The notes under the pieces are model-generated. The model did not search any database. It saw only the letters and a program-made list of their open reading frames with translations, and was not told the DNA's origin. From a virus (Duplodnaviria; Heunggongvirae; Uroviricota; Caudoviricetes): 64,000 bases of DNA. The position numbers and the translations under genes were made by a program. The stretch is taken from positions 12,516 through 76,515 of IMG/VR virus record IMGVR_UViG_3300006092_000059. One strand, 5' to 3'. Shown one piece after another: positions 29,087 through 38,296 of this stretch (position 1 is the first letter of the stretch; the number at the start of each line of letters is the position of its first letter).

Positions 29087-29790
29087 GCTATAGTATAATT
29101 ATTATTGGCTAATAATATCTCATTTACTTTTGAAAAGTGTTTACATCCATAATAAGATCCTCTTGCATTATATAATTCAGTAGCAGGATGTCCTGCTTCA
29201 AGAATAAAATTAGTATGAGAATTAATTAAATGCTTATAAGATTTAGCATGTTTTCCCCATAAACAATAAATTATTCCTGTATGATATAAGCTTAATTCTC
29301 TAATAATAAATGATGTAAAAGGTCTCCACAGATCTAAATGTGCATCAGCATTCCATTCTTCTGTAGTAAGTGCTGAATTTAACAATAATACACCTTGTTT
29401 GGCCCATCTTGTTAAATCAGTATCCATATTAATTAATTCACCATTAAAAACATCATTTTCAAGTTCATTTCTTATAACTTTTAAACTTTCAGGTACATGT
29501 AAATCATTTTCACCCTTTTGGTATGAAAAAGCTAATCCATGACCTTCAGGTTTACCATTAACTATATGATAATATGGAGATTGTCCTAATATTACTACTC
29601 TTACATCATCCCAAGGAGTATATTTAAATGCATTAAACATATCTACTTGATTTGGAAGTATTCTTTTTTCTGCTTTTCTTTTAGTTAAATAAGATAAAAT
29701 TTTTTGACCTTCATCTAGTTCTAGAAATGGAGCTATTTTTTCAAGCCATTTCTTTTCTATATAAGGTTCTAATTTTTCTTTGTAGTTCAT
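29080..29790 (-). CDS. uracil-DNA glycosylase family 1 (UNG) fold protein with substituted catalytic residues
   Basis: Extended colinear similarity to UNG: GQSPYY (UNG GQDPYH), GLAFSY (GLCFSV), WAKQGVLLLNSALT (identical to the UNG WAKQGVLLLNAVLT core), HPATELY (HPSPLS), GCKHFSKVNEIL (GCRHFSKTNELL), IAW (IDW). The water-activating Asp is Ser and the following His is Tyr. Confidence 0.75.
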   Translation of the reverse strand: MNYKEKLEPYIEKKWLEKIAPFLELDEGQKILSYLTKRKAEKRILPNQVDMFNAFKYTPWDDVRVVILGQSPYYHIVNGKPEGHGLAFSYQKGENDLHVPESLKVIRNELENDVFNGELINMDTDLTRWAKQGVLLLNSALTTEEWNADAHLDLWRPFTSFIIRELSLYHTGIIYCLWGKHAKSYKHLINSHTNFILEAGHPATELYNARGSYYGCKHFSKVNEILLANNNYTIAW

Positions 29791-30053
29791 ATAAATTCTT
29801 CTACTGCTTTATCAGTTGCACTGTTTAGAGCATCTACTCTTCTACAATACACAGGATTTGAATTAAATGTTTTACTACCTTCCTTGTTACTTAAAGTATA
29901 CCAATACATTCCTGGTGTTATTCTAGATTCAAATACACTCAAATTAACTCCTTTATCAGCAATTAACCAAGTTCTTAATACTGAGTAAAATAAACCAGTT
30001 TTTATTTCAGGGAGTTTGAATCCTTTTTCTAATGCTGATTTTAATACACTCAT
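29787..30053 (-). CDS. hypothetical protein
   Basis: 88-aa ORF. Confidence 0.35.
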   Translation of the reverse strand: MSVLKSALEKGFKLPEIKTGLFYSVLRTWLIADKGVNLSVFESRITPGMYWYTLSNKEGSKTFNSNPVYCRRVDALNSATDKAVEEFI

Positions 30054-30054
30054 A

Positions 30055-30423
30055 TTAATATTTTTTTCTGTAATCTGAATAGTCTCCTGATTCTACTACT
30101 GTTCCGTGTCCATTACAATAATATAACCAAGCTTCTCTTGTCACACCATCATCTCCATCTATTTTAGTAAGTTCTCTTTTATAGAATCTTGGATGCCCTT
30201 CAAGACCATCCAATCTACTAAGAGTAACATCATCTACTTCATAAACTTCAACTGTAATTTTACTTACTTCTTGTGTTCTTGAAACATATGGAATTCCAGC
30301 TGCATGCATTACCATTTTATCAGCTGTTTTACCAGTTGTAATTAATGGGCTACTTGTTAACAATCTGTTATTTCCATACCCTTTTCTTAATGTACCATAC
30401 ACTGATACTAAATGTTTACTCAT
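30055..30423 (-). CDS. gamma-glutamyl cyclotransferase (AIG2/GGCT-like)
   Basis: N-terminal VSVYGTLRKGYGNNRLL matches the GGCT YGSL ... G motif. 122 aa. Confidence 0.55.
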   Translation of the reverse strand: MSKHLVSVYGTLRKGYGNNRLLTSSPLITTGKTADKMVMHAAGIPYVSRTQEVSKITVEVYEVDDVTLSRLDGLEGHPRFYKRELTKIDGDDGVTREAWLYYCNGHGTVVESGDYSDYRKKY

Positions 30424-31436
30424 TTTATCTTTTTGTTTATTTCTTCTTTTAGTATTTTGTATCCTTCTTCTACTCCAAAATAAGCTATTACATCAGCAGG
30501 ATCTTTACATCCTGTTTCTTCATAAATTTTATTTGGAATATTTATCCATTTGTATCCTCTATGATTAAGTTTTTTATTTGCAGATTTTCCTGTTTCATCA
30601 CTATCCCAAAATAGGAAAATGTTTTCATATTTTTCTTTAAAAACACTATCATATTTAATTAAAATAGCAGATTCTGCTTCATTTTGTGTATTAATAACAT
30701 CTGAATGAATCTTAGATAAAACAATTCTATCTTTTCTGCTTTTAGTTATTATTAGATTTTTAGATTTTGGATTTTGAATCTTATATAGCCCTTCAATATG
30801 TTTTTGACTTATATTACCAATCCATGTAAATTCCTTATTCAAGGGAGTATAGATCTTTTTCTTATCTATAATACCATCTAATAAAAATCTGTAGGCAAAT
30901 TTTAATTCTTTTCTAAGTGGAAAAGTTTTTAAACTGCCTTCTTCTCCAATCCATAATTGGCTAATAGAATAGATTTCATTTTCTACTAAATCTTTCTCAG
31001 AAATTCCATATTGTTGCCAATATTCTAATTCATCTTTAGTAAAATTTTTACTTCTAAATCTTATTTCTATAGGTTTTCTTGTACTTATTTTTGGAAGCTT
31101 AATAGTCTCTCCTAAAATAATAGTTTTCTTTTCTGTAAGATCTATGTTAAAATCATTACAAATTTTAGTACAACTATCATTATAGTTTAAACCAAATAAA
31201 CTACTTACAAATTTAAAACAATCTCCACCATCATCAGCTCCAAAATCATAATAGTACCAATCATTGGTTTTTTTATTAAACCCTATTGAAAAGCTTGGTT
31301 TTTTATCTTTTCTAAATGGACTTAAATATAATTTTTTCTCCTCAAAAGGAAAATAAAACTGAAAAATTCTGTAACTGTCTATTGCTCCTAAGATACGCTT
31401 ATGAAGTGGTAAATCATATTCACTTGTTGAATACAT
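30420..31436 (-). CDS. Toprim-domain primase-like protein
   Basis: NIFLFWDSDETGKSA resembles the Toprim DxD ... G motif of phage primases. Weak. Confidence 0.3.
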   Translation of the reverse strand: MYSTSEYDLPLHKRILGAIDSYRIFQFYFPFEEKKLYLSPFRKDKKPSFSIGFNKKTNDWYYYDFGADDGGDCFKFVSSLFGLNYNDSCTKICNDFNIDLTEKKTIILGETIKLPKISTRKPIEIRFRSKNFTKDELEYWQQYGISEKDLVENEIYSISQLWIGEEGSLKTFPLRKELKFAYRFLLDGIIDKKKIYTPLNKEFTWIGNISQKHIEGLYKIQNPKSKNLIITKSRKDRIVLSKIHSDVINTQNEAESAILIKYDSVFKEKYENIFLFWDSDETGKSANKKLNHRGYKWINIPNKIYEETGCKDPADVIAYFGVEEGYKILKEEINKKIK

Positions 31437-31441
31437 TTTGT

Positions 31442-31471
31442 TAAATAAAAAGAGGGGAATTGCGCCCCTCT
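31442..31471 (-). terminator. rho-independent terminator downstream of gene 31498..32082
   Basis: Perfect 7-bp GC-rich stem AGAGGGG/CCCCTCT with a 7-nt loop. On the - strand it is followed by TTTTATTTA. Confidence 0.5.
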
Positions 31472-31497
31472 TGTTATATTCGATTTATTCTAATTTC

Positions 31498-32082
31498 TTA
31501 GAATACTTCACTGGTACTTTCAACTTCTTTTTTTGGAAGATGTTTCATTGTACCTGCTGGAATTTTTTCTTTAACTGCTTCATCGCTTGTTACAACTTTG
31601 AATGACAATTTATAGCCAGGAAATTCACTACCTGGTTTTTCATACTCTTCACCATTGAAGTTCATCCATATATAAGGAAGTTCAGCATTAGTAACTACAG
31701 CTGAGAAAGCAGTTACAAACTGCTCTAAAGTTTCTACATTCTTTGTAGCCTCATCTACTTGCTGTTTAACACCAAAAGCATTAGCTAATGGGTTAATTAT
31801 TTTATTCATTATTTTGCCTACTTCTACCTTATCTTCTGGAAGGAAATAAGAACTTGCAACTATACCACATTGACCATGATAAAAGTTACCACTTCCTTTT
31901 ACTTTTTCAAAAGGCTTAAAGCCTTCAGCTTTTACTGGCTCTCCATACACCTTAAAAAGGAGTTGTTTTCTACCTGTACTTGCTGTTTTTACTTCAATTG
32001 ATTCAACTTTTGCTCTGTTCCAGCCCACATAAAATTTTGGGCTTACTTTGTTATTGCCTGTGTACGCACTTGTACTAAACAT
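31498..32082 (-). CDS. hypothetical protein (possible ssDNA-binding protein; no support beyond context)
   Basis: 194-aa ORF followed by a strong terminator. Confidence 0.4.
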   Translation of the reverse strand: MFSTSAYTGNNKVSPKFYVGWNRAKVESIEVKTASTGRKQLLFKVYGEPVKAEGFKPFEKVKGSGNFYHGQCGIVASSYFLPEDKVEVGKIMNKIINPLANAFGVKQQVDEATKNVETLEQFVTAFSAVVTNAELPYIWMNFNGEEYEKPGSEFPGYKLSFKVVTSDEAVKEKIPAGTMKHLPKKEVESTSEVF

Positions 32083-32111
32083 ATTTCTCTAAATTATTCT
32101 TTAAATTCAAA

Positions 32112-33029
32112 TTAAAACCTGATTGCTGGTTCTTCAGATGGAATATCTTCTATTCTAGCCTCATTTATTAGTCGGGTAGTAGTAAATGTTGTTGGTGTAG
32201 TAAAGGTCACGTCTGTTCCTGTTCTGAAGCCTCTATTTTCTCTGGCCTCCATTTGAGCTTGTAACCACTCAGGACTTCCTACTACTGTTGAAGGATCTAC
32301 TTCCTTCTTAGATTTACCTTTATCAACTACTTTTCTTAAAACTGGCTTTTCCACCTTTTTTTCATACCAAGGCTCATTTATTAAAAAGAACACATACTCT
32401 GGAAAGTCTGTATTTTTCTCTAAATAATGACTTATATGAAATTTAAGCTTACCTTTGTCTGGATTTTGGGTTTCAGGATTAAATGTATTATACAGATTTC
32501 TCCATTCTACATTATTTTTAACTTTGCCTTCTTTAATAGCATGACCAATAGTATCATCATCTTCTTTAAAGATGTAATATTTCTTAGCTTTTCTATCAAT
32601 AGCAAAACCAACCTTATCCTTATCAGTAATGCCTATAAGAGTTCTCAAAGCTGAAGATAAATAAATTACATCTTCGCCATCTTTATATAGCTCAATTATG
32701 TATTCATTTCCATATCTATCTATATCCTCAATTACTTTTTTTCTCTTTTCAAGGCTTCTTACTTTTTGTTCTGGATTAACTGTTAAGTCAATTTCCATAC
32801 AAAATACTACAATTTCTGTTCCAGGAACTGCATTAGGATTATTGTTATTGGAACCAGTAACACGCATTCTTAATAGACTACGCTCACCTCCATAACTTAT
32901 ATTCATAATTCTTCCCATGCATCCTAAGTACATATCTCCATAACCCTGTACATCCAGAACTACGGTAGCTTCTTTATTTAAATATTTTTCTTCAAGGAAC
33001 TTTAAGTTTCCCGCTTTTCCTCTACTCAT
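32112..33029 (-). CDS. hypothetical protein
   Basis: 305-aa ORF. Confidence 0.4.
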   Translation of the reverse strand: MSRGKAGNLKFLEEKYLNKEATVVLDVQGYGDMYLGCMGRIMNISYGGERSLLRMRVTGSNNNNPNAVPGTEIVVFCMEIDLTVNPEQKVRSLEKRKKVIEDIDRYGNEYIIELYKDGEDVIYLSSALRTLIGITDKDKVGFAIDRKAKKYYIFKEDDDTIGHAIKEGKVKNNVEWRNLYNTFNPETQNPDKGKLKFHISHYLEKNTDFPEYVFFLINEPWYEKKVEKPVLRKVVDKGKSKKEVDPSTVVGSPEWLQAQMEARENRGFRTGTDVTFTTPTTFTTTRLINEARIEDIPSEEPAIRF

Positions 33030-33039
33030 TTTTTGTTTT

Positions 33040-33738
33040 TTATCCGTTATAATAACTATTAACTCTTTCTACTACATATCCTAAATCATTTGGTATTTCC
33101 ATTTCTGTAAACATACCTATTGGTGATTTGGCAGTATTGTTTCCATCTGTATTTGTAGTGAAAAAATATCTTGTTTTTTTACTTAAAACATTAGTTTCAG
33201 TACGTCCAAATAAAACAACTGTAAATAATCCTTCCAATGTAATATATTGGTCAATCATTTTGCCTGCTGTTCTAATTTTTCTTGCTCCATCAGCTTCAGC
33301 TTCATCGTGATAAGTAAATACCACATTTAAATCTGATCTTAAGGTTGATGCAACTTTAATTGGTTTAAAAGCTGCTTCTGCTATTTCATTAAACTTTTCG
33401 TATCCTTTTTCTTTGACCTTAGCCATGAATAGAAAACTTTGTAAATAACCTGCATCATCCACAATAACATTCTTTATATCAGGATATTTATCACTGATTT
33501 GCTGCAATGCAGCACATATTACTACTGGATCTGAAGTCATTATTTGTCTTCCTCCTTCAGAAATTTTTCCTATAGGATAGAGTTTATTAGCACCTTTTAC
33601 TGGAAGAGGTTTGCTACTAACATTTATAATTACTGTTTCTTTGGGATCTAATCCCTTAATTCCTATTTCCTCATTTGGGAAAATAGAGGTAGATTTACCA
33701 CTACCTGCTTTTGCTACAACTGCTATTAAGTTAGCCAA
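33040..33738 (-). CDS. P-loop NTPase (RecA/Sak4-like recombination ATPase or a DNA/nucleotide kinase)
   Basis: Walker A AVVAKAGSGKST at residues 7-18. ~230 aa, the size of Sak4-like proteins and of 5-hmdU DNA kinases. Confidence 0.45.
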   Translation of the reverse strand: MANLIAVVAKAGSGKSTSIFPNEEIGIKGLDPKETVIINVSSKPLPVKGANKLYPIGKISEGGRQIMTSDPVVICAALQQISDKYPDIKNVIVDDAGYLQSFLFMAKVKEKGYEKFNEIAEAAFKPIKVASTLRSDLNVVFTYHDEAEADGARKIRTAGKMIDQYITLEGLFTVVLFGRTETNVLSKKTRYFFTTNTDGNNTAKSPIGMFTEMEIPNDLGYVVERVNSYYNG

Positions 33739-33764
33739 TTTATTTCGTTAAGAAATATATTCAA

Positions 33765-34097
33765 TTACATATTCACTAATCTATAAGCCTTGTCTATCCA
33801 AAGAGCTTCCTCCTTAGTTGGCTTAGAATTAGGAATAAACATCTCTACTATGATATTTTTGTTTCTGGGTTTAGTATAAGCATCAGCAATATTAGTAGCT
33901 CCTGTATAGCAATAGCGTCCTGTTTTATTAGCTACTCCTCTTAGACCTCCTTCTGTTAATGATACTCCTACTATTTTACCTTTTGTTAGACATTTCTTCT
34001 TCCTATCATAATACACCTCACGCATACATGGTATCTTATTTTCAATAATCTTTTTCTGGATTATTTCATAAGCTACTCCCTTGTTTTCAAAGAACAT
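33765..34097 (-). CDS. hypothetical protein
   Basis: 110-aa ORF. Confidence 0.35.
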   Translation of the reverse strand: MFFENKGVAYEIIQKKIIENKIPCMREVYYDRKKKCLTKGKIVGVSLTEGGLRGVANKTGRYCYTGATNIADAYTKPRNKNIIVEMFIPNSKPTKEEALWIDKAYRLVNM

Positions 34098-34105
34098 TAT
34101 CTCAA

Positions 34106-35242
34106 TTAAACTACGCCTTTCTTCAATAAAAAATCATCATACTCACCTTTTGACTTGAGGACAGGCATCTCCTCAAAGTGCATTGTTGTACCATCAAAAT
34201 ACATTGGAACTTTTACATTGCTTTTACCTAAGCGATTCTTAAGAATTGTAATAGACCTATAATTGTCTTTTAATCTTGTAATATCGTATCCTAAATGTTG
34301 TTTAATTCCATATCTATATGGTGCAAACACGCCAAGTATAATAAATGAATCCCTTTGGACAATTTTGTTGTCTCCAAGACCATCTAAGCTTGGTTCCACT
34401 TTACTTTCTATAGTATCACCTGAAAGAGTATATTGCATTTTTTCACTATCAGAAGCTTGTTGTTGCACATTTACAACAGTCCACTTCCAATGTTTAGTAA
34501 TTTGAAGACGTGCATAATCCATACTCCATTTACTCATAGAATTATGTTTACTACCACCTGATTCTTCAGAAAGTAAGCTAATATGGTCTACAATAACTAT
34601 GACAAATGTATCATCATTAGGTTTGTATCCCTTATAAACTTTTTCTTTAGTAGAGGATTTTCCTAGTGAATCACTAGATTGAAATTCTCTTTCTTCCCAG
34701 ATGTGTGTACCTAATTTTTCTGAATAATTTCTACACCACTTATAAAGACCTGTAGGATTGTGTACACTATCTATTAGTTCCACATCCTGCATCAAAATCT
34801 CTAATTCTGATTTGCAATCTTCAATTTTACTAATTAGTTTTTCATCTATTGGATTTTCATAGTAACTTTTCAGATCTAATGAACTTATAGAGATATTATA
34901 TTTCTCATTAAGCATCCAACAAATTAAACTATCAATAAACTCTTCTTTAGATTCCTCTAATAGAAAGTATATTATTTTTAATTTTATTCCACTCTCAGGA
35001 TGATTTCTCACGAATCTAAGAGGAGTCAGGAAAAATAAATTTTTAGTAAATAGGGTTTTTCCAACACCACTATTTGCCGTAACTGTAATATTAATACCTT
35101 TAATTATTCCAGGTATTACTGTACTAAGTTTAGGAAATGATTCATAGAATGGAATAATAGGATACTTTCCTTCATCTCTGAGTCTTTTATTTTCTTTTAT
35201 AGCGTGTATACGCTGTTGAATTAAAGAGTCTCCTGATTCCAT
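34106..35242 (-). CDS. DnaB-like (SF4) replicative helicase
   Basis: Walker A TANSGVGKT, Walker B-like VIVDHISLL, and NVQQQ in the motif H3 position. Confidence 0.5.
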   Translation of the reverse strand: MESGDSLIQQRIHAIKENKRLRDEGKYPIIPFYESFPKLSTVIPGIIKGINITVTANSGVGKTLFTKNLFFLTPLRFVRNHPESGIKLKIIYFLLEESKEEFIDSLICWMLNEKYNISISSLDLKSYYENPIDEKLISKIEDCKSELEILMQDVELIDSVHNPTGLYKWCRNYSEKLGTHIWEEREFQSSDSLGKSSTKEKVYKGYKPNDDTFVIVIVDHISLLSEESGGSKHNSMSKWSMDYARLQITKHWKWTVVNVQQQASDSEKMQYTLSGDTIESKVEPSLDGLGDNKIVQRDSFIILGVFAPYRYGIKQHLGYDITRLKDNYRSITILKNRLGKSNVKVPMYFDGTTMHFEEMPVLKSKGEYDDFLLKKGVV

Positions 35243-35880
35243 GCTCCATCTTGAATAGTATTTTCGTCATCACTTAGTATCTCAAGATATTGTATAAAGG
35301 TTCGTTGATTTATCCATGTAAGAGAATTTTGGAAAAATTTCATCTTATTGTCTATAACTGTAGAGTTTTTCTTAAAAAGGGCAATCTGATATGATAGGGC
35401 CTTTATAATATCCTCATGTTTATATCCTTCTTCATTGATAAGTTTCTTGTATTTTTTTCTACAATTTTCCTTATCCGACTTCAAGCTTCTTGTAGCCGAA
35501 AAATTTCCCCATTTATCAGATGAAGGAAATAATGTCCAAAATTCATCAAAATTGGCTTCAACACTAACTATAGGGATCTGCTGATTTTTAGTTAGTCCTT
35601 CTAATACATCTTTTATGTGAGCTATTACTTCTTCTCCTTTTGTTGTAATAAATATATTCTCAACTTTTTTATAATTAACAGGATTCTCTATTTCTTTAAA
35701 ATCTATAAAATTACGTCTATAAAGATTTTGCATTAGAACATCATATTGACCTTTTAATGTGTCAATTAAACTATCTAATCCAATATAATCTTTAGTAGTA
35801 ACTAATTCTATTAATAATAGTTGATCTGCTGTTATTGTAAATTTATCAAGAATATAGGTTTTTATTACTTTTAAAATCAA
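35221..35880 (-). CDS. hypothetical protein
   Basis: 219-aa ORF. Confidence 0.35.
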   Translation of the reverse strand: MILKVIKTYILDKFTITADQLLLIELVTTKDYIGLDSLIDTLKGQYDVLMQNLYRRNFIDFKEIENPVNYKKVENIFITTKGEEVIAHIKDVLEGLTKNQQIPIVSVEANFDEFWTLFPSSDKWGNFSATRSLKSDKENCRKKYKKLINEEGYKHEDIIKALSYQIALFKKNSTVIDNKMKFFQNSLTWINQRTFIQYLEILSDDENTIQDGAWNQETL

Positions 35881-35894
35881 TTCTTTCTATCTTT

Positions 35895-36266
35895 TCATAT
35901 TTTCAATTTATCTATGTTAGCTGTAACAACATAACATTTATTTGTTGAATTTAGATTTGTAAATTGTTGTCCAATTCTAAATCCTAATGATTTTAATTTA
36001 GTACCATAAGTAGTCTTTTGCCAAGTATTAATAGTACCTATTAATATTTTTCTTGAATGTAGATGATTTGTATTATTCTCAAATCTAACAAGATTTATAT
36101 GTCTTTTTAGCTGATTTAAGCATTTTTTAAAATCTCTAATATTATTAACATTCAAGCCTCCTATCAATGCTACACCGCAGTTGTTTCTATCTTCTTTAGC
36201 TGAAATATTTGTACCATTACTGGTAAAATCATACTGAAGTGTTGAGTATTGTGATTGTCTTGCCAT
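35895..36266 (-). CDS. hypothetical protein
   Basis: 123-aa ORF. Confidence 0.35.
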   Translation of the reverse strand: MARQSQYSTLQYDFTSNGTNISAKEDRNNCGVALIGGLNVNNIRDFKKCLNQLKRHINLVRFENNTNHLHSRKILIGTINTWQKTTYGTKLKSLGFRIGQQFTNLNSTNKCYVVTANIDKLKI

Positions 36267-36315
36267 TTTGTAAAATTAATATTTTTAATTGTTATTTCCT
36301 AATATTTAACATGAT

Positions 36316-36687
36316 TTAGAAGGGTAATGAAAGACCTTGTCCAAACACATATTCATCTCTAATATCTAATAATTCATGCTTAACCTCATATTGAAAAATC
36401 TTTTTGAGAGCTTCATTATAATTATATTGAGATGATCTTTTATGTTCAGTACTTCTTGAATTTTTTATCTGATGATTATAGTCAGCAGCTTGTTCATAGA
36501 ATTGTATTAAATCTTTATGACCCCTATTTGTAAGATAAAGCTTGTATCCAGGATCCAGAGCTTCTCTATTTGTAATAGCTAAAGTAGTAACCTTTAAAGG
36601 GGCTACTACTCTGCTATTATCTTGCTTTGACCTTTCTTTAGCTTCTCTTTCTTCAAACCATTGAACTGGAAAAGCTTCATGGCTCAT
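36316..36687 (-). CDS. hypothetical protein
   Basis: 123-aa ORF. Confidence 0.35.
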   Translation of the reverse strand: MSHEAFPVQWFEEREAKERSKQDNSRVVAPLKVTTLAITNREALDPGYKLYLTNRGHKDLIQFYEQAADYNHQIKNSRSTEHKRSSQYNYNEALKKIFQYEVKHELLDIRDEYVFGQGLSLPF

Positions 36688-36688
36688 A

Positions 36689-36961
36689 TTATCTTACTGT
36701 ATAAGAAGATTTATTAATTCTTAATTCAGTAACATTAGGTAAGTTTAATGTACGATAGCCTTTTTCTTGCATATCATATACTTTTACCATACCCAATAAA
36801 CCAATATTAGGTGTTTTAGTTTTACCTTTTACACCTTTCTTTACATGCAATCTGCAATTCATTTTTCTTGATTTACCATCTTTTTTGGTAACAGTTGCAG
36901 TGAAAATTTTGCCATTTGATTCTGTAATCAAAGTAGCAGCTTGTGTTCTACTAATTGTCAT
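36689..36961 (-). CDS. hypothetical basic protein
   Basis: 90-aa Lys-rich ORF. Confidence 0.35.
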   Translation of the reverse strand: MTISRTQAATLITESNGKIFTATVTKKDGKSRKMNCRLHVKKGVKGKTKTPNIGLLGMVKVYDMQEKGYRTLNLPNVTELRINKSSYTVR

Positions 36962-37155
36962 TTTGTTTTAATTAATTTAGATGTGATTAAAAAATATATC
37001 ATTAAATATATAGTTATCATAGATAGAGCTGCTAGAGTTCCAAAAATTAGATAAAGTAATGTTCTTAATGATAATGTAGTAATAAAATACAACCCTCCAA
37101 ATACTAATAAAGTAAGGAAAGTTGTTAATAAATGCTTTTTCATACTAGAAAACAT
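36958..37155 (-). CDS. small membrane protein
   Basis: 65 aa with two hydrophobic helices. Confidence 0.3.
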   Translation of the reverse strand: MFSSMKKHLLTTFLTLLVFGGLYFITTLSLRTLLYLIFGTLAALSMITIYLMIYFLITSKLIKTK

Positions 37156-38296
37156 AGTTAGTAAACAAATGGTGAGTTCCTATAATAGGCTCTACTCTGA
37201 ATACTCTGTCTTCTTCATCGTCTTTGAAATTAGTTACAGAAAATATCTCGTCATTTAAAATACTTTCTATATATCCTATAGCTTTTCCATTTACTTTAAA
37301 AGTAGCATTTACATTCGCTTCTCTTGAGGTAATCTTTTTAGGAAAAATATCAGCTTTAGCATAAACTAATTTTTCTACAGGATCTTTATCTTTTTCCTTG
37401 ATTACTTCATAAACATTCCAATGAGCCTCTAATTTCTTAACATTAAATACGTCTTTGAAATTAATAGGATCTTCATCATGAATATTTACTTCATCAACTA
37501 TAGCTTTAACAATATCTATTGTAATTGTTTCAAGCTCAGAGATAAATTTAATTATAGAATCATTCCACTTAGTATGAATAAGTTTATCTTTAACTATTTC
37601 TTGAATAGTCTCAACAGGAAGTTGTGTAAATGTCTTTATATATCTGATTCTTCCAGGTCTTTGCAAAAGATTAGCATTTATATACAAATCATTTGTTGTT
37701 AGAAGAAACATCTTTCTAAAGTCATTGTTTAATACACCATCCATTATAGTAAGAACATTAGCATTATAATCAGTGTATATCTTCTCAAATTCATCAAAGA
37801 ATACAATAATATCTTGCTGAATATTATTAATAAAGTTAGGAAGTTGTGCATTAAACTCACTTACTATCAAAACAGGAAGCTGTATCTCATTTGCAATAAG
37901 CTCAGCAGTTACAGTTTTACCTGTTCCTTTTACACCATTTAGTAATATTCCCATATTACCTTTGGTATTTTTATAAGAAGTTACAACACGATTGATAAAT
38001 TTAGTTTCGCAACCATAAATCTTGTGTGAAAAGTTAAAATTATCTCCTGACTTAGTTAAGTAAATATTTCCAAATGGATCTTTTACTACTTTGTACACTC
38101 CTATTGGGAGTTTTTCAATTATATCGACTGTATCTGCAATTTTAAAGTCATTACCAGATCTAGCCCATTGTTTTTTTAGATTCATTTTATTAGGGAATGT
38201 ATAATACTGTTGGATTATTTTTATGTATTTCAATTTGTGGAAAATGCTTCTTAAATTCCATACTATTAAAGGGTTTGGTGATGTAGTGAATACCAT
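37145..38296 (-). CDS. AAA+ ATPase
   Basis: Walker A ILLNGVKGTGKT and Walker B IIVFFDEFEK. Confidence 0.6.
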   Translation of the reverse strand: MVFTTSPNPLIVWNLRSIFHKLKYIKIIQQYYTFPNKMNLKKQWARSGNDFKIADTVDIIEKLPIGVYKVVKDPFGNIYLTKSGDNFNFSHKIYGCETKFINRVVTSYKNTKGNMGILLNGVKGTGKTVTAELIANEIQLPVLIVSEFNAQLPNFINNIQQDIIVFFDEFEKIYTDYNANVLTIMDGVLNNDFRKMFLLTTNDLYINANLLQRPGRIRYIKTFTQLPVETIQEIVKDKLIHTKWNDSIIKFISELETITIDIVKAIVDEVNIHDEDPINFKDVFNVKKLEAHWNVYEVIKEKDKDPVEKLVYAKADIFPKKITSREANVNATFKVNGKAIGYIESILNDEIFSVTNFKDDEEDRVFRVEPIIGTHHLFTNYVF

